A DNA stretch of 64,000 bases from Nematostella vectensis (taxonomy: Eukaryota): positions 1,817,027 to 1,881,026 of the forward strand of contig NC_064047.1 in assembly GCF_932526225.1 (NCBI RefSeq), written 5' to 3'. A program made the position numbers and the translations under genes. Below, in pieces: positions 59,048-64,000 of this stretch. The notes under the pieces were generated by a model that saw only the letters and a list, made by a program, of their open reading frames with translations, was not told where the DNA came from and did not search any database. Position 1 is the stretch's first letter; every line of letters starts with the position of its first letter.

Positions 59048-61339
59048 GTAAGAGAAGTGGATTATAGGGAGCTTGAAGCTCGAATCTGGGTTCCACTCTT
59101 TGTGCCTGGGGCTATATTGTGTATGTTTGTGGTGATTTTTATTTCGTACATCCAGTACATAGAATGAAGTGATGGCAGAAAGTGTCGAAAATGTGGGGAT
59201 GAACATGGTGGGTGGGTGCTAGTGAAAAAAAGTCAGGATTTCCATGATAGCGACAGTGGATGGGGAAAACTGAAACGTTTGTAATAATTAGGGTAGTGAG
59301 AATATAAAGAATATGCTTCGTATGTACGTGACGATCTAACTTATCTAGAAACATCTCTGAAATTGTTTATAAACCTCTAGATCAAGAATTAATTAAATGC
59401 GTGTTTTGTTTTGTAATAGCACTAAAAAGAAAAATAAACAATTTTGTGAAGATCATCAATTTCAAGCCATAGTGTGATGGACAAGAACTTAAAAGCAACA
59501 CATCATCTTTTGTTTCAAAGCAGACGTAAAAATGACTATTTCTCTACTTCGGCTTATTTTAGACCTTTTGATACGTTTGGTAAGCTGGGGTCTGATAGAC
59601 ACACCTTTAGAAATGTTCCCGAAGAGAAGACAGAAATGTGATATGCCATTTGCCTTTAAAAGACCTATCATTCGTTTTGAAACATGAGGTGGGGAGGAGG
59701 GCTGATTAACACTCTTTAATAAACAAAAACAGGTATCAAGCAGATGCTTGTCAATGTACACTTACTCATTCCCTGTTTGGGTTGAGAGCGTAAAATTCAA
59801 TTAAAACCAGGAAGCTTAGCCCAAGTGTGCCCCCTTATGGTAATGTCAGCAGTCAAGATAGGGGCTACTAGGTTACGCTCGGACAGACAAAACAAAAAGA
59901 ATGGAGCAATTAATAAGTTTTTAACTCTTTAACCGATAAAAGGTCAGAGGTGAGCTCGAGCTTGTAGAGATATTTATTTTATTTTGAGGCATCGAGGGAG
60001 TAGTACGGATGATGGTCTACACTGTGTGGAAACCCCAAAAACAGTGAAGATAAAGAAAAGAAGAAAAAAAGCCGGGAATAGTTAAATGCAAACCGTTGAA
60101 AAATATCAATTGGAATAAAGCCGCTCAAAAAAAAATCTAGCTTAGAATATAACTCGATTCACAGACCCATTTGCCCCTTAAGCTTTTTTTTTTGGCAATA
60201 TAGTAATTCCTAGAAATGCCATATTTGCCATATTCGCGTGACCATTGAAGGGAGTTGGATATAGCAGCAACTGGATCATAAACAATCCAAGTGTCACAGC
60301 CAGGACAGAGCAGAAAAACTTGCACGAAACACGATTAAGCATTCTATTAGTGTCTTACATTCAGTTTTGCATAAATTCATTCTGATATTGCATAAATGAT
60401 CCACGATATGAAGTCCAACGGCTTGCTTAGTAACAGCCTCTGGCATAGCCTCTGAGAGAACAATCTTGTCTAGTTCTTCGTTACGTCATTTCCTGTTTAC
60501 GATTGCGTAGGCGTGCCCAGTTCTCCTCCGGTCTGCCCCAAGGATGATGGTCGACGAAACGGCTTGAAGACATTTGGAAGTCATCAAGCCTCTGTTAGCG
60601 GTTGAATATCCTAAACGGCACTAAAATCCTTCCTCTGCTCAATACCTTTTCTTTCGCTGTGTGTATCATTTCTTATTTGTTCAAACTACAAGCGCATCTC
60701 AATGTTCCTTTTTTAAAGTTTATTGGATTACGTCATCGTGTGGTAAAAAATTTGCCTTTCAGATATTCGAAACCTGGCTTTTAATGTTTTAAAAACATGT
60801 TTGATGAGTCCAAGAAGAAATGGTTAAATGTTAACTCAAAAGAAGAGCTACGTCTTTTTTCGTGACGTGCTGACCCTATTAGTAAGCATTGTTGTATGTA
60901 TATGCGCCATTTGGAAAGAGTTAGTGATGCCGGCATATTTACAGCCTTTGAAAGGCCCCGTTAGGGGCTTAACCAGACAAGCTCATCTATCATATAGCGA
61001 TTTGTACGTCTCATTACATGAATTACGCTCATTTAGTTTAAACCTTTCGGCGTCGGCCTTTTGGTCAGTTTAAACTACCGAAGACGGTTATTACAGCAAT
61101 TAGTAACCCAAAAAGCCGCAGATTGGAGCAGATAGTTCCACATGGATGTATTTTGTTTCCTTTTTTGAGAGTGATTACACTCTAATAAATAGCATATTTC
61201 TAGTTACAGGGGCGTTTAAGGGTCAATGGGTAAGAGGTAGTGAAAGGCAGTGTGGGGGGACTTCATGTAAGATGGTTTGACCATTTAGTCGTTCGGTATT
61301 TGAGCAAATGTGTGATAATTCTGTTAATGCTTGAGGGTG

Positions 61340-62132
61340 CATTTTTGCCGCCATTTGTTCTGACACCTCTGTTACCATGTTTGCAAGCGCATGTTTCCCG
61401 CCATTTGTTCTGACACCGCTGTTTTCTGTTTGCAGGCGCATGTTACCTGCCATTTGTTCTTGTACCGCTGTTTTCATGTTTGCAGGCTCATGTTTCCCGC
61501 TATTTGTTATGAAACCGCTGTTTTCATGTTTGCAAGCGCATGTTTCCCACCTTTGTTCTGACACCGCTGTTTTCATGTTTGCAGGCGCATGTTTTCCTCC
61601 ATATGTTTGATACCGCTGTTATCATGTTTGCAGGCGCATGTTTCCCGCCATTTGTTCTGATACCACTGTTTTCATTTTTGCAAGCGCAAGTTTCCCAAAA
61701 TTTGTTCTTATACCGCTGTTATCATGTTTGCAGGCGCATGTTTGCTGCCATTTGTTCTGACACCGCTGTTTTCAAGTTTGCAGGCGCATGTTTCCCGCCT
61801 TTGTTCTGACACCACTGTTATCATGTTTGCAGGCGCATGTTTCCCGCTATTTGTTCTGACACCGCTGTTTTCATGTTTGCAGGCGCATGTTTTCCACCAT
61901 TTGTTATGACACCGCTGTTTTCATGTTTGCAAGCGCATGTTTCCCGCTATTTGTTCTGACACCGCTGTTTTCATGTTTGCAGGCGCATGTTTTCCACCAT
62001 TTGTTCTGACACCACTGTTATCATGTTTGCAGGCGCATGTTTCCCGCTATTTGTTCTGACACCGCTGTTTTCATGTTTGCAGGCGCATGTTTTCCACCAT
62101 TTGTTATGACACCGCTGTTATCATGTTTGCAG
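61340..62132. repeat. 50-bp minisatellite (about 15 copies) built from the TBX20 exon-3 acceptor junction (unit GCGCATGTTTCCCGCCATTTGTTCTGACACCGCTGTTTTCATGTTTGCAG)
   Basis: Each unit ends in the acceptor tcatgtttgcag| and restarts with the first 19 nt of exon 3 (GCGCATGTTTCCCGCCATT). The last unit is the real acceptor and exon. Confidence 0.9.
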
Positions 62133-62249
62133 GCGCATGTTTCCCGCCATTCGCGTGAAGGTGTCTGGTTTGGATCCCCATGCGCACTACATACTAGTGA
62201 TGGATGTAATACCGCTGGACGGCAAACGCTACAGATACGCATATCATAG
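62133..62249 (+). CDS. TBX20: TBX20 exon 3 ([39 protein letters not shown]-)
   Basis: RMFP...VSGLDP...[12 protein letters not shown] is the TBX20 signature. Acceptor tgtttgcag| and donor AG|GTAAGT. Confidence 0.9.
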   Translation, partial: AHVSRHSREGVWFGSPCALHTSDGCNTAGRQTLQIRIS

Positions 62250-62279
62250 GTAAGTTCCTAAGGGCAGTCGTCACACTGC

Positions 62280-62525
62280 AGGGCCGTAGCCAGCAAAAGC
62301 CACGTGAGGCATTCGCCTCGGTAAAATTTTGATGTTTAGTGTTTCACAATTGAAAAGTATGAGATAAAATACCTGCTTTTGTTGGATTTATCATCCAGTG
62401 GGTAGCTTTGCCTCGGTAAAATTTTGATGTTTAGTGTTTCACAATTGAAAAGTATGAGATAAAGTACCTGCTTTTGTTGGATTTATCATCCAGTGGGTAG
62501 CTTTGCCTCGGTAAAATTTTTATTC
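62280..62525. repeat. 120-bp tandem duplication (2 copies: gcctcggtaaaattttgatgtttagtgtttcacaattgaaaagtatgagataaa…) just 3' of TBX20 exon 3
   Basis: Direct reading. Confidence 0.8.
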
Positions 62526-62653
62526 TGGCTACAGGCCTGCTCTGCGATGCATGTTCTGCACGGAAGCAGCTTCTTGGCACAAAATGAATAATTTTACTTG
62601 GTGGTTTCCGTGGTGTTCGGCATTACTTAAATCCACCTCTTGGTTTATGCCAG

Positions 62654-62810
62654 TTCCAAGTGGGTGGTAGCGGGGAATGCAGACGCTCCTATGCCCGGGC
62701 GGGTCTATATTCACCCGGACTCTCCGGCTCTTGGGGAGGAATGGATGAGACAGATCGTGTCATTCGATAAAGTCAAGTTGACCAATAACGAGCTGGACCA
62801 ACAAGGACAT
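62654..62810 (+). CDS. TBX20: TBX20 exon 4 ([54 protein letters not shown])
   Basis: [18 protein letters not shown] matches the TBX20 sequence [18 protein letters not shown]. Acceptor tgccag| and donor CAT|GTGAGT. Confidence 0.9.
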
Positions 62811-62869
62811 GTGAGTGTTCATTGATAGCTAGGCATGATGTCCGCATGACAATATATGCTGATGCTGAT

Positions 62870-63600
62870 GCTGCTGCTGCTGCTGCTGATAATGGTGGTG
62901 GTGGTGATGGTGGTGGTGGTGGTGGTGGTGGTGGTGGTGGTGGTGGTGGTGGTGGTGGTGGTGGTGGTGGTGGTGGTGGTGGTGGTGGTGGTGGTGGTGG
63001 TGGCGATGGCGATGGCGATGGCGATGGCGATGGCGATGGCGATGGCGATGGCGATGGCGATGGCGATGGCGATGGCGATGGCGATGGCGATGGCGATGGC
63101 GATGGCGATGGCGATGGCGATGGCGATGGCGATGGCGATGGCGATGGCGATGGCGATGGCGATGGCGATGGCGATGGCGATGGCGATGGCGATGGCGATG
63201 GCGATGGCGATGGCGATGGCGATGGCGATGGCGATGGCGATGGCGATGGCGATGGCGATGGCGATGGCGATGGCGATGGCGATGGCGATGGCGATGGCGA
63301 TGGCGATGGCGATGGCGATGGCGATGGCGATGGCGATGGCGATGGCGATGGCGATGGCGATGGCGGTGGCGGTGGCGATGGCGATGGCGATGGCGATGGC
63401 GATGGCGATGGCGATGGCGATGGCGATGGCGATGGCGATGGCGATGGCGATGGCGATGGCGATGGCGATGGCGATGGCGATGGCGATGGCGATGGCGATG
63501 GCGATGGCGATGGCGATGGCGATGGTGATTGTGATGGTGATGGTGATGGTGATGGTGATGGTGGTCATGTTGTTGATGATGATGATAATGATGATGATGA
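62870..63600. repeat. Compound microsatellite (GCT)n-(GGT)n-(GGCGAT)n-(GGTGAT)n-(GAT)n, about 730 bp, in TBX20 intron 4
   Basis: Direct reading. All four long six-frame ORFs here are artefacts. Confidence 0.95.
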
Positions 63601-63622
63601 TATGCTTTTTCTTTGCAAATAG

Positions 63623-63787
63623 ATAATCCTCCACTCAATGCACAAGTACCAGCCACGGATTCACATCATCAGAAAGAAAGACACGAGCGAAGCCAGTATT
63701 GACATCGATCGACCTTGCTCGGAGAGGAAAACCTTTACATTTTCCGAAACCATCTTTACCACCGTCACCGCCTACCAAAATCAACAG
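63623..63787 (+). CDS. TBX20: TBX20 exon 5 ([55 protein letters not shown]); the gene continues beyond the window
   Basis: The MHKYQPR.HII.KKD and TAVTAYQNQ motifs are present. Acceptor caaatag| and donor CAG|GTAACT. Confidence 0.9.
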
Positions 63788-63960
63788 GTAACTTTGACAA
63801 CATCTACCATATAAAAAATCTGCACCATCGCCAAATATCTAATATGTATTTATCACCTTCACCGCCTATCAGAATTAACAGGTAACCATGACAATATAGT
63901 CACAGAAATAAACTTTACCACTGTCACCGCCTATCAAAACAAAAGTGGCAACATTGTTGT
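63788..63960. repeat. Degenerate tandem copies of the TBX20 exon-5 3' end plus donor (real ACCACCGTCACCGCCTACCAAAATCAACAG|GTAACT; copies CACCTTCACCGCCTATCAGAATTAACAG|GTAACC and ACCACTGTCACCGCCTATCAAAACAAAAGTGG)
   Basis: Direct reading. The array extends to the window edge. Confidence 0.7.
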
Positions 63961-64000
63961 TTTCCATTCATTTTGATGTGGTGAGGAAATCTCCAAATAA

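Noticed and set aside
62819-63656. Four long ORFs (256-275 aa; poly-G/D, poly-H/R, poly-A/M, poly-T/I) on both strands
   Set aside because: They are translations of the (GGT)n(GGCGAT)n microsatellite in all frames and have no start context. They are low-complexity artefacts.

Overview
This is a eukaryotic (metazoan) window: genes are split into many short GT-AG exons and there are no prokaryotic operons. Exon content and the heavy minisatellite load suggest an invertebrate deuterostome, possibly a cephalochordate; that guess is low confidence. All coordinates were derived by hand and may be off by about 2 bp.

Annotated content, in order along the window:
- An ASCC3 orthologue (Ski2/Brr2-type tandem-helicase, activating signal cointegrator complex subunit 3) lies on the minus strand. 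Its start codon is at 38919-38921 and its stop at 3954-3956. I traced 34 coding exons by matching the translated exons to the ASCC3 domain order.
- A small, unidentified acidic-protein gene sits head-to-head with ASCC3 on the plus strand (39602-42088), sharing a roughly 680-bp CCAAT-containing bidirectional promoter.
- A secreted matrix metalloproteinase gene on the plus strand (43655-47661) has a TATA box, a signal peptide, a PRCGMPD cysteine switch, an [12 protein letters not shown] zinc site, a Met-turn and an unusual C-terminal ShK-toxin (ShKT) domain. It has no hemopexin domain.
- The 5' part of a TBX20 orthologue follows on the plus strand (ATG 57722, five T-box exons through 63787, continuing past the window). 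It is preceded by a roughly 5-kb repeat-poor region with homeobox/GATA-type motif clusters.
- A frameshifted class-A GPCR pseudogene (about 23790-24560, plus strand) lies in an ASCC3 intron.
- Mobile elements include a Tc1/mariner-like non-autonomous element with TA target-site duplications (37139-38612), three MITE-like elements (304-875, 19152-19437, 45143-45352), a tRNA-derived SINE (19626-20040) and a roughly 225-bp interspersed repeat family present twice.
- There are many minisatellites and microsatellites, including (ATTATC)n and a 730-bp (GGT)n(GGCGAT)n tract.

The most striking observation is that at least eleven intronic tandem arrays are built from units spanning an exon-intron junction. 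Each unit carries a copy of the splice donor or acceptor plus 15-100 nt of the adjacent exon. These arrays flank nine ASCC3 exons, two TBX20 exons and one exon of the small gene. Each creates a ladder of 2-16 cryptic splice sites beside the real one. This looks like a systematic, locus-independent process rather than a coincidence.
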